DNA from: Octopus bimaculoides
Lineage: Eukaryota
Direction: 5' to 3'
Length of the DNA: 43,056 nucleotides
Assembly: GCF_001194135.2 (NCBI RefSeq)
Contig: NC_069007.1
Coordinates: 12,435,977 to 12,479,032, forward strand
A program made the translations under genes and the position numbers. The notes beneath the pieces are model-generated. The model was given only the letters and a program-made list of their open reading frames with translations. It did not search any database and was not told the origin of the DNA. Positions 1 to 13,577 of this stretch are shown here, one piece after another (the stretch's first letter is position 1; each line of letters opens with the position of its first letter).

Positions 1-9
1 ATATATATA

Positions 10-45
<36 letters not shown>

Positions 46-439
46 TGTATGTATATATATATGCATGTATATATATATACACATGAACACACATATATGT
101 GTATACTGGCACAATGAGGGTTCCAGTTGGTCTGATCAACAGAACAGCCTGCTCATGAAAAATTAGCATGCAAGTGGCTGAGCACTCCACAGACATGTGT
201 ACCCCTAGTATAATTTTCATGAATATGCAACATGGCACAGGATGTGAGAAACGTTGGCCTTTCGAATTACAGATACAACTCATTTTTGCCAGCTGAATGG
301 ACTGGAGCAGCGTGAAATAAAGTGACCAGGAATTGAACTCATCACATTAGGATTGTGAGCTGAATTACCTAACCACTAAGCTAGGCTCCTTCACATATGG
401 TGTGTGTGTATAGTTGTATGTGTGTGTGTGTATATATAA

Positions 440-480
<41 letters not shown>

Positions 481-1098
481 NNNNNNNNNNNNNNNNNNNN
501 NNNNNNNNNNNNNNNNNNNNNNNNNNNNNNNNNNNNNNNNNNNNNNNNNNNNNNNNNNNNNNNNNNNNNNNNNNNNNNNNNNNNNNNNNNNNNNNNNNNN
601 NNNNNNNNNNNNNNNNNNNNNNNNNNNNNNNNNNNNNNNNNNNNNNNNNNNNNNNNNNNNNNNNNNNNNNNNNNNNNNNNNNNNNNNNNNNNNNNNNNNN
701 NNNNNNNNNNNNNNNNNNNNNNNNNNNNNNNNNNNNNNNNNNNNNNNNNNNNNNNNNNNNNNNNNNNNNNNNNNNNNNNNNNNNNNNNNNNNNNNNNNNN
801 NNNNNNNNNNNNNNNNNNNNNNNNNNNNNNNNNNNNNNNNNNNNNNNNNNNNNNNNNNNNNNNNNNNNNNNNNNNNNNNNNNNNNNNNNNNNNNNNNNNN
901 NNNNNNNNNNNNNNNNNNNNNNNNNNNNNNNNNNNNNNNNNAATTATATGTATTTCTTCTATCTTAATGAATAATAATTCTTCGGATAGAATAAATGGGT
1001 TAATAGAAACCAATGTAGCAAAGAACACAAAATAACTTTGGTGTTGTTCCTGTTTTTAAGGCAGGAACTCCTTGAAATTTTGGGTATTTGAGTATATT

Positions 1099-1219
1099 TA
1101 AAAATTTAAGGAATGGAGAAAACGCATGTTATAATTGCATAGGTTGTAATCCTTTGAAACATATGTAGGAATAAAGTATGCAATTATAACATGCGTTTTC
1201 TCCATTCCTTAAATTTTTA
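1099..1219. repeat. Perfect 43-bp inverted repeat with 35-nt spacer
   Basis: 1099-1141 is the exact reverse complement of 1177-1219. Confidence 0.9.
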
Positions 1220-1261
1220 TATATATATATATGTATGTATATAGATGTATATGTCTATGTG

Positions 1262-1575
1262 CATGAGTTCCTTTCGAGTGTTGGGCCTCACGGAGGCAAT
1301 GACCGAGACCCATGGCATTATGTCATGCTTGAGAAGAAGACCCATCAAGCCAAGCAAAATCACAATCATGGCAGATACTGATGTCACGCAAATTGGCACC
1401 CGTGCCAGTGGCACATAAACACACCCATTACACTCTCAGAGTAGTTGGTATTAGGAAGGGCATCCAGATGCAGAAAACCATGCCAAATAAGACTAGAGTC
1501 TGGTGCAGCCTTCCAGCATGCCAGCCCACTCAAACCGTCCAACCCATGCCAGCATGGACAATGGACATTAAAAGA
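1262..1575 (+). mobile_element. Retroposon 3'-tail repeat (family C)
   Basis: GTTGGTATTAGGAAGGGCATCCAG..CCAACCCATGCCAGCATGGA, shared with 22432-22885, 32203-32310 and 36565-36745. Confidence 0.65.
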
Positions 1576-2695
1576 TATTTTCACTCTGGAGGTATTGATC
1601 AAGTGTGTAGTAGAAGACACATGCGTAAGATACCGCAGTGTAGGATCAAAACAAAAACAGTCTGGCTAAGAGGACCTGAAGATGATGCTGGTGCTACTGA
1701 TGATGATGATGATGAAAAAGAGGAGGTGGAGGTAGAAGATGAGTGGTGGTGGAAGTAGCAATCATGATGGCAACGGTGGAAGTGGCAGTAGTGATGACAG
1801 TGGTGGTGGTGGTGGTGGTGGTGGTGTCTTCTGTAAATTATTATCTCAATGTGAAGATATGAAATAAAGGCAAAAGGGAAAAAAAAACGAATTAATTCAC
1901 AAACCATTGTAAAATATGAAACTGAAGAAAATTTTCTTTTACAAAGAAATCCCTTTGTTTAATGAGGCCGAAAAGGCAACTCAGCAAAAAGTAATTTTCC
2001 CTCAAATCTAATTTATTCGTTTGTTTATTTTTATAATTACTATCCTAAGAGATAACGAGAAAATGAATAACTCTTAAATCCCTAAACAGCTTCTTATACA
2101 TCTTGAAAGTCCTGCTCCATTTATCACTCTCACTGGCCCCGTATCCTCACCGCATCCACCACTACCATCACGACCTGTGTTATCATCTGTGAACAATTTC
2201 TCAGAATGACAAGAGCTACTTATCGTTTCCCCCCTGCGTCTGATCATAGCACCATGTCATATCACTATTAAGCTTTCATTGCTTTCCCAAATCTTCCCTG
2301 ATGAGGAATTCCCACAACTTGCTCTCTCTACAGTCCTGGATATGTAAGGGTTATTTGACTGACCCTTAATCGTAACCCTATTCTCTGAGGACTACAGCAT
2401 ATTTCTATGTTGGCGTTACCATTTTCTCTCTATTTTCCCATTCTTTCCATTTCTCTGTAATTACCTACCCCTACAGTTTTCCCTAACTCATCCCTGTAAT
2501 CTCCTCTCTGCTGTTGCCCTTCATGTAATAATAAATGCTATCATCATCCCTCTATCATCATCATCATCATCATTATTATTGAGTGAGAGAGCAGGGCATG
2601 CCATCAAAGTGATACTGGGGTAAAATATTCAAAGCCCAATATACCCATCATGACTACCCGTCTGATAAGGGTACACTAGGCACATGCATCACATT

Positions 2696-3385
2696 AAGGT
2701 GGCGAGCTGGCAGAACTGTTAGCACGCTGGCCAAAATGCTTAGTGGCATTTCATCCTACTTTACATTCTGAGTTCAAATTCCACCAAGGTCAACTTTGCC
2801 TTTCATCCTTTTGGAGTCAATAAAATGAGTACCAGTTGAACTCTGGGGTCAATGTAATCAACTTACCCCCGCGCCTGAAACTGCTGGCCTTGCGCCAAAA
2901 TTTGAGACCATTGTTGTTGTTGTTATCATTATTATTATTATTATTATTACTGCTATTATTGAAGGCAGCGAGCTGGCAGAATCATTAGCACACCAGGTGA
3001 AATGCTTAGTGGTATTTCACCTATCACTACCTTCTGAGGTCAACTTTGCCTTTCATCCTTTCGGGGTCGATAAATTAAGTACCAGTTGTGTACTAGGGTC
3101 GATCTAATTGACTTCCCCCCTCCGCACCAAAAAATTTCAGGACTTTTGCCTATAGTAGAAAGGGTTCTTATTATTGAAGGCAGTGAGCTGGCAGAATCGT
3201 TAGCACACTAGGCAAAATGCTTAGCGGTATTTCGCCCGTTGCTATGTTCTGAGTTCAAATTCCACTGAGGTCAACTTTGCCTTTCATCCTTTCGAGGTCG
3301 ATAAATTAAGTACCAGTTGTGTTCTGAAGTCGATCTAATTGACTGGCCCTCTCCTTGCAAATTTCAGGCCTTGTGCCTAAAGGAG
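2696..3385 (+). mobile_element. Three tandem tRNA-derived SINEs (family A)
   Basis: Copies start near 2696, 2961 and 3177 with AAGGYRGYGAGCTGGCAGAA. They carry a B box GTTCAAATTCC and a body GCCTTTCATCCTTT.GGGGTCGATAAATTAAGTACCAG, separated by (ATT)n. Confidence 0.8.
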
Positions 3386-4077
3386 AAAAGAATTTACAGA
3401 ATACCACCACCACAATAACAACAACAGCAGCAGCAACCACCACCACCACCACAGCCACCTCCTCAACCACTGCTACCACCAGTACCCTCCCACCACCACC
3501 ACTAATACTACTACCACTACTACCACTGCCTCCACCACCATCATCTCCACTTACACTACCACCTCCACTGCTGACACTACCCCTGCCATTCATCTTCTTA
3601 GGGATCCCACATCTGGTCATTCTTCATGCAACAAATACAGACATCAAATTTATGGAAAGAATTGTCTTCCGGGTGATGTTTCATCATGCTAGAAATAACA
3701 GCTAAGTGTCTTCAATTTACACTGTGTTTCATATAAAAATGAAGGACACTTAGAATATAATCTCCCTTAGTGATCTCATTATATGTTGCTGTATCACTCC
3801 TTGTTTTCTCTCACAACTACCACCAACCCTACCCTGGAAAGAAATAAGGAGACTTGTCCCAGTGTAAGATATTGCTATTATGAAGATGGTACGTTGGCAT
3901 AATAAGGTAGAATGACTCATGAAATACCTTGTGATATTTAATTAGGTCCCTTTATGTACCAAGTTGAAATATGGTCAGCGTCAGCTTTTGTCTTTGTTCC
4001 TTACCGGGTTGATAGAAATCAGTAAAAACATATATGGACATTTTCATTAACATATGCGTGTGTGTATATGTGTGTGT

Positions 4078-4113
<36 letters not shown>

Positions 4114-4262
4114 ATATAAATNNNNNNNNNNNNNNNNNNNNNNNNNNNNNNNNNNNNNNNNNNNNNNNNNNNNNNNNNNNNNNNNNNNNNNNNNNNNNNN
4201 NNNNNNNNNNNNNNNNNNNNNNNNNNNNNNNNNNNNNNNNNNNNNNNNNNNNNNNNNNNNNN

Positions 4263-4310
<48 letters not shown>

Positions 4311-4330
4311 AGAGAGAGATAACAAATATA

Positions 4331-4361
<31 letters not shown>

Positions 4362-4566
4362 TGTTATAGTATATTTACATAGATGTATTTATGTAATACG
4401 CACACACATATATACATATGTACACAATCCGATACATACATTTACGTGTGTGTGTGTGTTTGAGTGCATTTACATAAATATATACATACATACATACACA
4501 CTCACAAATACACATGTAATGTATGTAGAGTTGAGAGTGGCTATATATACATGCACAGATAACTTT

Positions 4567-4613
<47 letters not shown>

Positions 4614-5316
4614 GAATTAATGGACATTAATTTAATATAAGCTATATTAAATTTGCAACACTGAGAAGAGAGCTGCTTCCCTTCATTGATGTGTATCAGA
4701 GCATAAATCTCTGACATTGCCAAGTAAACAGCTTAGCAGCTACGTTGATGAATGTCTGCGAGGAGGGATGGACTTTCTATCTACACACCTTGTATTAGTG
4801 GGGCTAGAGGTGTTACACTTACCATAATGTTGATGATGATGATGTACACACACACACATATGTATACATATACATACATATATACATACATATTTACATG
4901 CATATACGTAGTTGTAGTTATATATATATGCTTATATGTAAATGCATAAACTAATNNNNNNNNNNNNNNNNNNNNNNNNNNNNNNNNNNNNNNNNNNNNN
5001 NNNNNNNNNNNNNNNNNNNNNNNNNNNNNNNNNNNNNNNNNNNNNNNNNNNNNNNNNNNNNNNNNNNNNNNNNNNNNNNNNNNNNNNNNNNNNNNNNNNN
5101 NNNNNNNNNNNNNNNNNNNNNNNNNNNNNNNNNNNNNNNNNNNNNNNNNNNNNNNNNNNNNNNNNNNNNNNNNNNNNNNNNNNNNNNNNNNNNNNNNNNN
5201 NNNNNNNNNNNNNNNNNNNNNNNNNNNNNNNNNNNNNNNNNNNNNNNNNNNNNNNNNNNNNNNNNNNNNNNNNNNNNNNNNNNNNNNNNNNNNNNNNNNN
5301 NNNNNNNNNNNNNNNN

Positions 5317-5357
<41 letters not shown>

Positions 5358-5534
5358 ATATGTGCATACATACATACATATATATATACACACACATGCA
5401 TATATACATCTGTATGTATGTATGTATTTATGTACATGTATATATATATAGATACATACATACATATATATATATGTATATAGGATATATAGTGTGTGAG
5501 AGGTATTTGAAGATTATATTTGGTACTTTAATAA

Positions 5535-6050
5535 AATAACTCTAATCTACCAAAAACGAAATGTATTTTAATAAAAACTTCTGCACATGTTCTCGATAAG
5601 CTTTCTTATCAGAATATTCTATGAATCTACCTTCAGCTTCGATTACTGCTTCAACATGTAACTGGAGTTGTTGACATGCCTGCACTAAATGGTCCTTATT
5701 AATTTTAGATATCACATGAACAATGGTAACCTTCACTGACGCTGTGGTATTGTGAGGATATTGATTAGCTTCTTTTTCAACAAATCTCCAAATGTTGGAG
5801 ACCAAAAGTTTGGTGCCATATCGTCTGACATCCATTCTTGGGTTACTGGTCTTTGTGAAATGGTGCCACTGCACTCTTCATCCACCTTGGGCTCAACAAC
5901 TGTCTCTAGCAGCATTAATTCTATAATTCTGTGGAAAAATTTGAGGTGGTAAGACATGATCTTTGTAATTATTTCTAAAACCATCACAGTTGCTGGAAAC
6001 TTAGTGTGCAACACTCTGGAGACATCAGAAAGAGTTATACACAACCATCT
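5535..6050 (-). mobile_element. Decayed Tc1/mariner transposase, DD37D (maT-like), C-terminal part
   Basis: Frameshifted peptides KFPATVMVL..LETVVEPKVDEEC..VTQEWMSD and IWRFVEKEANQYPHNTTASVKVTIV..DHLVQACQQLQLHVEAVIEAEGRFIE* match the maT/DD37D C-terminus pattern. Confidence 0.8.
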
Positions 6051-6146
6051 GTCCTGTCACTTCTCCTGTTAGACTAGTGGATCCCAAAATGGGGCATATG
6101 TCACACTGGTGGAGCCTGAAAAAATTGCAGTGAGGCATAGGATACT

Positions 6147-6540
6147 CTTTACTCTTTTACTTGTTTCAGTCATTTGACTGCAGCCATGCTGGAGCACTGC
6201 CTTTAGTCGAGCAAATCGCCCTCAGGACTTATTCTTTGTAAGCCTAGTACTTATTCTATCGTTCTCTTTTGCTGAACCGCTAAATTACGAGGGACGTAAA
6301 CACACCAGCATCAGTTGTCAAACAATGTTGGGGGGACAAACACAGACACACAAACACACACATATATATATACATATATATGACGGGCTTCTTTCAGTTT
6401 CCGTCTACCAAACCCACTCACAAGGCTTTGGTTGGCCCAAGGCTATAGTAGAAGACACTAACCCAAGGTGCCATGCAGTTAGACTGAACCCGGAACCATG
6501 TGGCTGGTAAGCAAGCTACTTAGCACACAGCCACTCCTGT
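6147..6540 (-). mobile_element. tRNA-headed CORE-like SINE with central microsatellite (family B)
   Basis: Minus strand head GGAGTGGCTGTGTGCTAAGTAGC..GGTTCAGTC, CORE-like CCTTGGG..TGTCTTCTACTATAGCC, a central (TA/CA)n, and a 3' half ending GAAACAAGTAAAAGAGT. Confidence 0.75.
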
Positions 6541-7800
6541 ACCTCCGAATTTTTCTTTTTTTTTTTTGTGGGACATGGAATTGTGAAAATTTATTTGTTT
6601 CTTCGTCATTGACGTACTTTTATTGTACTCAGTTCTTCATAAAAAAGTCACTGATAGATTCTTTCATATTAGACAATTAATCNNNNNNNNNNNNNNNNNN
6701 NNNNNNNNNNNNNNNNNNNNNNNNNNNNNNNNNNNNNNNNNNNNNNNNNNNNNNNNNNNNNNNNNNNNNNNNNNNNNNNNNNNNNNNNNNNNNNNNNNNN
6801 NNNNNNNNNNNNNNNNNNNNNNNNNNNNNNNNNNNNNNNNNNNNNNNNNNNNNNNNNNNNNNNNNNNNNNNNNNNNNNNNNNNNNNNNNNNNNNNNNNNN
6901 NNNNNNNNNNNNNNNNNNNNNNNNNNNNNNNNNNNNNNNNNNNNNNNNNNNNNNNNNNNNNNNNNNNNNNNNNNNNNNNNNNNNNNNNNNNNNNNNNNNN
7001 NNNNNNNNNNNNNNNNNNNNNNNNNNNNNNNNNNNNNNNNNNNNNNNNNNNNNNNNNNNNNNNNNNNNNNNNNNNNNNNNNNNNNNNNNNNNNNNNNNNN
7101 NNNNNNNNNNNNNNNNNNNNNNNNNNNNNNNNNNNNNNNNNNNNNNNNNNNNNNNNNNNNNNNNNNNNNNNNNNNNNNNNNNNNNNNNNNNNNNNNNNNN
7201 NNNNNNNNNNNNNNNNNNNNNNNNNNNNNNNNNNNNNNNNNNNNNNNNNNNNNNNNNNNNNNNNNNNNNNNNNNNNNNNNNNNNNNNNNNNNNNNNNNNN
7301 NNNNNNNNNNNNNNNNNNNNNNNNNNNNNNNNNNNNNNNNNNNNNNNNNNNNNNNNNNNNNNNNNNNNNNNNNNNNNNNNNNNNNNNNNNNNNNNNNNNN
7401 NNNNNNNNNNNNNNNNNNNNNNNNNNNNNNNNNNNNNNNNNNNNNNNNNNNNNNNNNNNNNNNNNNNNNNNNNNNNNNNNNNNNNNNNNNNNNNNNNNNN
7501 NNNNNNNNNNNNNNNNNNNNNNNNNNNNNNNNNNNNNNNNNNNNNNNNNNNNNNNNNNNNNNNNNNNNNNNNNNNNNNNNNNNNNNNNNNNNNNNCACAC
7601 ACACACACACACACACACACACTCCCATACACTCATACATGCACACACACACACACACACAAACAAACACTCTCGTGCACTCATTCGCTCACACACATGT
7701 ACATACACACACATACATACGCACACACTCTCAAGCAAACACTCCCATACACTCATGCACACACACACACACACATACTCTGAAACAAATACAAACACTG

Positions 7801-7831
<31 letters not shown>

Positions 7832-8989
7832 CAAACAAACACTCCCACACACTCATTCACTCACACACGCACACGTACTTGTCTTGTATTACACATTTGA
7901 TATCATTTGATGAATCATGTTTTCAGTCAATTTTTAAAAAAAGATTTCATGTCTGTCTCTAATAAAAAGAACTTATCTATGGAAGCCTCTGGTTGTGTGT
8001 GTGTAAGTATACATATGTGGGTGTATATATGTACACGTGTGTGTATGTACATATATATATATTTATATACACTCACATATGTGTGTATATATATNNNNNN
8101 NNNNNNNNNNNNNNNNNNNNNNNNNNNNNNNNNNNNNNNNNNNNNNNNNNNNNNNNNNNNNNNNNNNNNNNNNNNNNNNNNNNNNNNNNNNNNNNNNNNN
8201 NNNNNNNNNNNNNNNNNNNNNNNNNNNNNNNNNNNNNNNNNNNNNNNNNNNNNNNNNNNNNNNNNNNNNNNNNNNNNNNNNNNNNNNNNNNNNNNNNNNN
8301 NNNNNNNNNNNNNNNNNNNNNNNNNNNNNNNNNNNNNNNNNNNNNNNNNNNNNNNNNNNNNNNNNNNNNNNNNNNNNNNNNNNNNNNNNNNNNNNNNNNN
8401 NNNNNNNNNNNNNNNNNNNNNNNNNNNNNNNNNNNNNNNNNNNNNNNNNNNNNNNNNNNNNNNNNNNNNNNNNNNNNNNNNNNNNNNNNNNNNNNNNNNN
8501 NNNNNNNNNNNNNNNNNNNNNNNNNNNNNNNNNNNNNNNNNNNNNNNNNNNNNNNNNNNNNNNNNNNNNNNNNNNNNNNNNNNNNNNNNNNNNNNNNNNN
8601 NNNNNNNNNNNNNNNNNNNNNNNNNNNNNNNNNNNNNNNNNNNNNNNNNNNNNNNNNNNNNNNNNNNNNNNNNNNNNNNNNNNNNNNNNNNNNNNNNNNN
8701 NNNNNNNNNNNNNNNNNNNNNNNNNNNNNNNNNNNNNNNNNNNNNNNNNNNNNNNNNNNNNNNNNNNNNNNNNNNNNNNNNNNNNNNNNNNNNNNNNNNN
8801 NNNNNNNNNNNNNNNNNNNNNNNNNNNNNNNNNNNGTATGTATGTTTATATATATGCATGTATGTATACACATATACAAACACATGTTTTTATATATCTA
8901 TATGTGTGCTTATCTGTGAAAGAGTTTGTGCACATGTATCTCCATATACATTTATAGCACTGCATACATATACACATAGATGTCTGTGC

Positions 8990-9132
8990 ATGTACATTCA
9001 TACATACATACATACATTCATACATACATACATACATACATACATACATACATTCATACATACATACATACATACATACATTCATACATACATACATACA
9101 TTCATACATACATACATACATTCATACATTCA

Positions 9133-9164
<32 letters not shown>

Positions 9165-9165
9165 C
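8990..9165. repeat. (CATA/CATT)n microsatellite
   Basis: Direct reading. Confidence 0.95.
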
Positions 9166-9630
9166 ACACATGCATATGCAAATATATATGTATACACACA
9201 CACCTATATATGTATGCATATATGCATGCATATGTATTTACATATATATATATATTTATACATTTTGAAATATTTTAACTAATGAAGATATTACGTAATG
9301 GATGCATTTCTTACTATATACTACACAGACCTGAAACATATGCATTAAATAATTTCAAAATACCACTGTTTGGTTTGATTTCATTATCACTGTGTGTTTA
9401 AGAAGGTCATTTCACAACCACATGGTTTCAGCTTCAGTTCCAGTCCACTGCAGGGCCACATCACTATCTTTCCTCTACTACTGCTCTAGGCTGACCAATG
9501 TCTTCTCAGTAATTCTTTGGCAGACAGTAACTGCAAAACCTCGCAATATATACATATACTCTGTGTGTGTATGTATTTCTTTCCTTTTTTTTTTCTCTTT
9601 GTTTTTCTCTCCTTGTTTCTTTCTGTGTTC

Positions 9631-9666
9631 CTTTCTGTTGAAGAGCGTAGGCTCGAAACGTTAAAG
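9631..9666 (+). ncRNA. Hammerhead-like motif with core substitution (CUGUUGA)
   Basis: CTTT-CTGTTGA-A-GAGC(GTAG)GCTC-GAA-ACGT-T-AAAG. The topology matches 13578-13623, but conserved A6 is T. Confidence 0.45.
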
Positions 9667-9911
9667 ACTTTCTCTATTCCCGAGCGTTATACTAATGCAT
9701 CCATTTGTTGTTTACACCACCTGTCTTCATTTGTTGTTTTTTCGTGAATTCTCCTATAAATATATATATGCAGAATATATCCAGTCATAGAGTGACCCAT
9801 GGTTTCACATCCATGAAGGACTTAGCCCTATTTATGACTCATCAGACTCTAGTGGTTAAGGCCATGTAGTTCTTCAAACATATATATATATGTGTATATA
9901 TGTGTGTGTGT

Positions 9912-9955
<44 letters not shown>

Positions 9956-9959
9956 ATGC

Positions 9960-10170
9960 GTTTGTGTGTCTGTGTTTGACCCCCACCAACATCGCTTTGC
10001 AACCGATGTTGGTGTGTTTACATCCCCATAACTTAGCAGTTTGGCAAAAGAGACCGATAGAATAAGTTCTAGGCTTACAAAGAATAAGTCCTGGAGTTGA
10101 TTGTTTTTTTTCAACTAAAGGCAGTGCTCCAGCATGGCCACATTCAGATGACTGAAACAAGTAAAAGAAT
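9960..10170 (+). mobile_element. Family B SINE 3' half
   Basis: CCCCCACCAACATCGC...GCAGTGCTCCAGCATGGCC..GACTGAAACAAGTAAAAGAAT. Confidence 0.65.
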
Positions 10171-12207
10171 NNNNNNNNNNNNNNNNNNNNNNNNNNNNNN
10201 NNNNNNNNNNNNNNNNNNNNNNNNNNNNNNNNNNNNNNNNNNNNNNNNNNNNNNNNNNNNNNNNNNNNNNNNNNNNNNNNNNNNNNNNNNNNNNNNNNNN
10301 NNNNNNNNNNNNNNNNNNNNNNNNNNNNNNNNNNNNNNNNNNNNNNNNNNNNNNNNNNNNNNNNNNNNNNNNNNNNNNNNNNNNNNNNNNNNNNNNNNNN
10401 NNNNNNNNNNNNNNNNNNNNNNNNNNNNNNNNNNNNNNNNNNNNNNNNNNNNNNNNNNNNNNNNNNNNNNNNNNNNNNNNNNNNNNNNNNNNNNNNNNNN
10501 NNNNNNNNNNNNNNNNNNNNNNNNNNNNNNNNNNNNNNNNNNNNNNNNNNNNNNNNNNNNNNNNNNNNNNNNNNNNNNNNNNNNNNNNNNNNNTGTCTTT
10601 TTATAGATTTGTGATGGGCAGAAGCTGGTGGATTTGGTTTGTTTTGGAAGTGGGTTTATTTTTTTGACTGGTTCTGCCAAGTTTTTTTTTTTCCGAGTGG
10701 TGGTGGTGGTGACTAGTGATGTGATAGTGAGGTGGTAATAGTGGCCCTGGTGACGGGGGTAGCATCAGCAGTGGTGAAGAAGTTATGGCAATTTTGATGT
10801 ACTGGTATTATGTATGGTGGTGGTAGTTGTGGTGTTGATGTCTGCAGTGGTGGTGGTGGTGATGTTGATGGTGATGATGGTGATGTGGGTTGTTTTTTAA
10901 GTTTGTTTTTCTTTTTGCATTATTTTCTCAGGACATAAAATACCAAAATAATTGTTTCTAATTTAGGAACAATGCTTGCAGGGGGTTTTTAAGGGGAGGG
11001 ATTTATTACTACCATCAATGCCCCTCTTCCCCACTCCCACCACACTAGAAGGGTGAAAGACAAAGTTGTCCTCAGCAGAGTTCGAACTCAGAACCCAATG
11101 AACCTGTAGAAATCTCACAGGACATTTTTGTCTGACGCTCTGACAATTCTACCACTTTTGGGGACAGAAATTCTCAAATTTGGGGTAAGGGGAGGTAGAG
11201 TTGATGCCACTGACCCCTGTAATTAGCCAGAATTATGAGCCTAATTGCCAGGCCAGGTGTGTGGAGCATTTTTTGGAAATTGGGTGTATGCATGCACTTA
11301 TGTGTGCACATGGGTATGTATGTACATGTGCACATGCGTACGTGTGGGTGTGCGTTCCACATAAAATATGTTTTACATATTTTATATTTTATAAGTTATA
11401 TGGCTTAGTGGTTGAAGTGCTGAACACGTGGTCATTAACATATGGTTTCAATTCCCAGAACAAGCAAACAACATATGCCCTTAAGCAAAGTACTACACTT
11501 GATGCAGCAACTGGGGAGCTTAGCTCAGTGAAAGACTGGTGACCTATCCCAGAGAGAGCCCTGTACTCTCAGTTATTTAAGTCCACCCAACACCAACATC
11601 CTTCACGTCTAATTTGTTTCAACACCCAGACCCCCACCCACATGGACCAATTTTCCTAATCCTTCTGCCTTCACACAGCTTCAATCCCCTGCAATTCCAT
11701 CTCCCACCCATCTACCCACAAATATCAACTTACTGACCCGCAAACATCATTTTCACCAGTCTTGCAGCATTTACAAGAAATCAAGGTTACTCCCTTTCGA
11801 TATTAAAAATTCCCCAAGAAACAATTCCATGTTTGAGAAACCAAGGGAACCTACATATGGTCATTTGATCAGTCAACCCCCATCAAAGAACATAATCCCT
11901 CCTATTTGTCATCTTAAAAACAAAAATAGGTATTGGATGTTATTGGCATTTTCCCTTACATTCAATCATTGCCAATAGGGGCTGGATGAAAGCCTCTACA
12001 TCTCATTTCTCTACATTGGTTGTAGACCCCTCTGTACATATTAGGCTTAGATACTGTGGCCTCTATGGTCAACCTGGAAGATCAAGCTCACAATATGTGA
12101 AAGATTATATGGGATGGTCACAAGTGGAATCTGGAACACTTTTCATTACAGGTCTGCTGAACTATGGCTGCTCTGGAGATTAAACAACAATAGCTACTAC
12201 ATATTAG

Positions 12208-12488
12208 AATGGACACTTTGGTCCACATCTACACACTGGAGTGGACAGATTGGTTTACATCTATTCAGTGGATTGGTCAGTGTGGTCCAAATCTACACAC
12301 TGGTGTGGACAGTTTGATCTACATCTACACACTGGAGTGTACAGTTTGGTCCAAATCTACACATGTGGTCCAAATGAACAGTTTGATCCACATCTACACA
12401 CTAGAGTGGACTGTTTGGTCTAAATCTATGCACTGGAGTAAGCACTTCAGTTCACATCTACACACTGGGGTGGTCAGTTCGGTCCACT
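12208..12488. repeat. About 32-bp minisatellite, roughly 8 degenerate units
   Basis: Consensus TGGTCCACATCTACACACTGGAGTGGACAGTT. Confidence 0.8.
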
Positions 12489-13264
12489 ATATTATAAAAC
12501 AATAAAGACTAAAGAGCCAAAAAGCGATAAGAAGGTTGTTTTGATTATAAGCAAAAATAGTAAAAAACTTGTTTGGTTTAAAATGAGACAGACAGACAGA
12601 CAGGCAGAGAGTGAGATAATAGAATTTACTGAAGAGAATGGAAAACAAGTTGTAAAAGAGTCCGATTCCGAAGACATGGTAATCGTGAAATGTCAAATTG
12701 AAGAAGTAGACTCGTTGGTGCTGACGAGAGTCGGTTAAGAACGTTTAATTAACTTTCGAAATACCTCTTATCTTGAACCACCTTTTTATACTACTGCCTC
12801 CACCTCCACCCACGTCTCTCTCCCTCTCCCCTTCTCTCTTCCTCCCTCTCTCTCTCTTTTTCTGTCTCTGACCTTTGACATTTCAATAACTCTTAATGAG
12901 CTTTTAGAATTGTTTCTGTCTGTCTGTCTCTCTCTCTCTCTCCCTCTCTCTCTCTCTATCTCTCTCTCTCAATTGATCTAGCTATCTCCCTCTCACAAAC
13001 TCTTCCCATCTCTTTCTTATCTTTTCTGACTCCCTCTCACTCTCCCTTCACTACACACACACACATACCCTCTCTACATCATTTTTCTCTCCACCCCCCC
13101 TCTCTACCCCAAGCCACCCACATCATTCTCTGACCACTTATTCCCATTGTTAAGTATAGACATTGAACACTGTCCACCTTGTTTCTTTGTCGCACAAGTG
13201 CCAGTACATTTCTCATTGCACATGTGTAGTCCCTACTTTAAATAACATTAGGGAGTTTATCAAA

Positions 13265-13500
13265 CCATGGCTGTGTGGTAAGAAGCATGCTTCCCAGCCA
13301 CATGATTCTGGGTTCAGTCCCACTGCGTAGCACCTTGGGCAAGTGTCTTCTACTATAGCCTCGGGTCGACCAAAGCCTTGTGAGTCGATTTTGTAAGCGG
13401 AAACTAAAAGAAGCACGTCACACGAGACTGATGGAATAAGTTCCAGGCTTATATAGAAAAGAAATAAAGTACTGGGGTCGATTCATTTGACTAATAAATC
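13265..13500 (+). mobile_element. Family B SINE head plus fragment
   Basis: ATGGCTGTGTGGTAAGAAGC..GGGTTCAGTCCCACTGCGTAGCACCTTGGGCAAGTGTCTTCTACTATAGCC. Confidence 0.65.
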
Positions 13501-13577
13501 TTCAACACAGTTCTATATTTAAGAGATGAGGAATTATTTACAATTGACGGATATTTGTTCTCATCTTGTTTGTTGTT

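Noticed and set aside
2293-2350. CCCTGATGAGGAATT...TCCTGGATATGTAAGG as a hammerhead
   Set aside because: GAAA core is absent (GGAT) and stems I and II are poor. At best it is a dead remnant.
12208-12488. CRISPR-like array
   Set aside because: Units are contiguous without unique spacers, and the context is eukaryotic.
12705-12785. CTGACGAG...CGAAAT motif as a hammerhead
   Set aside because: Core words are present, but no consistent stem I adjoins the core and stem II is weak. The CTCGT/ACGAG hairpin competes with the fold.
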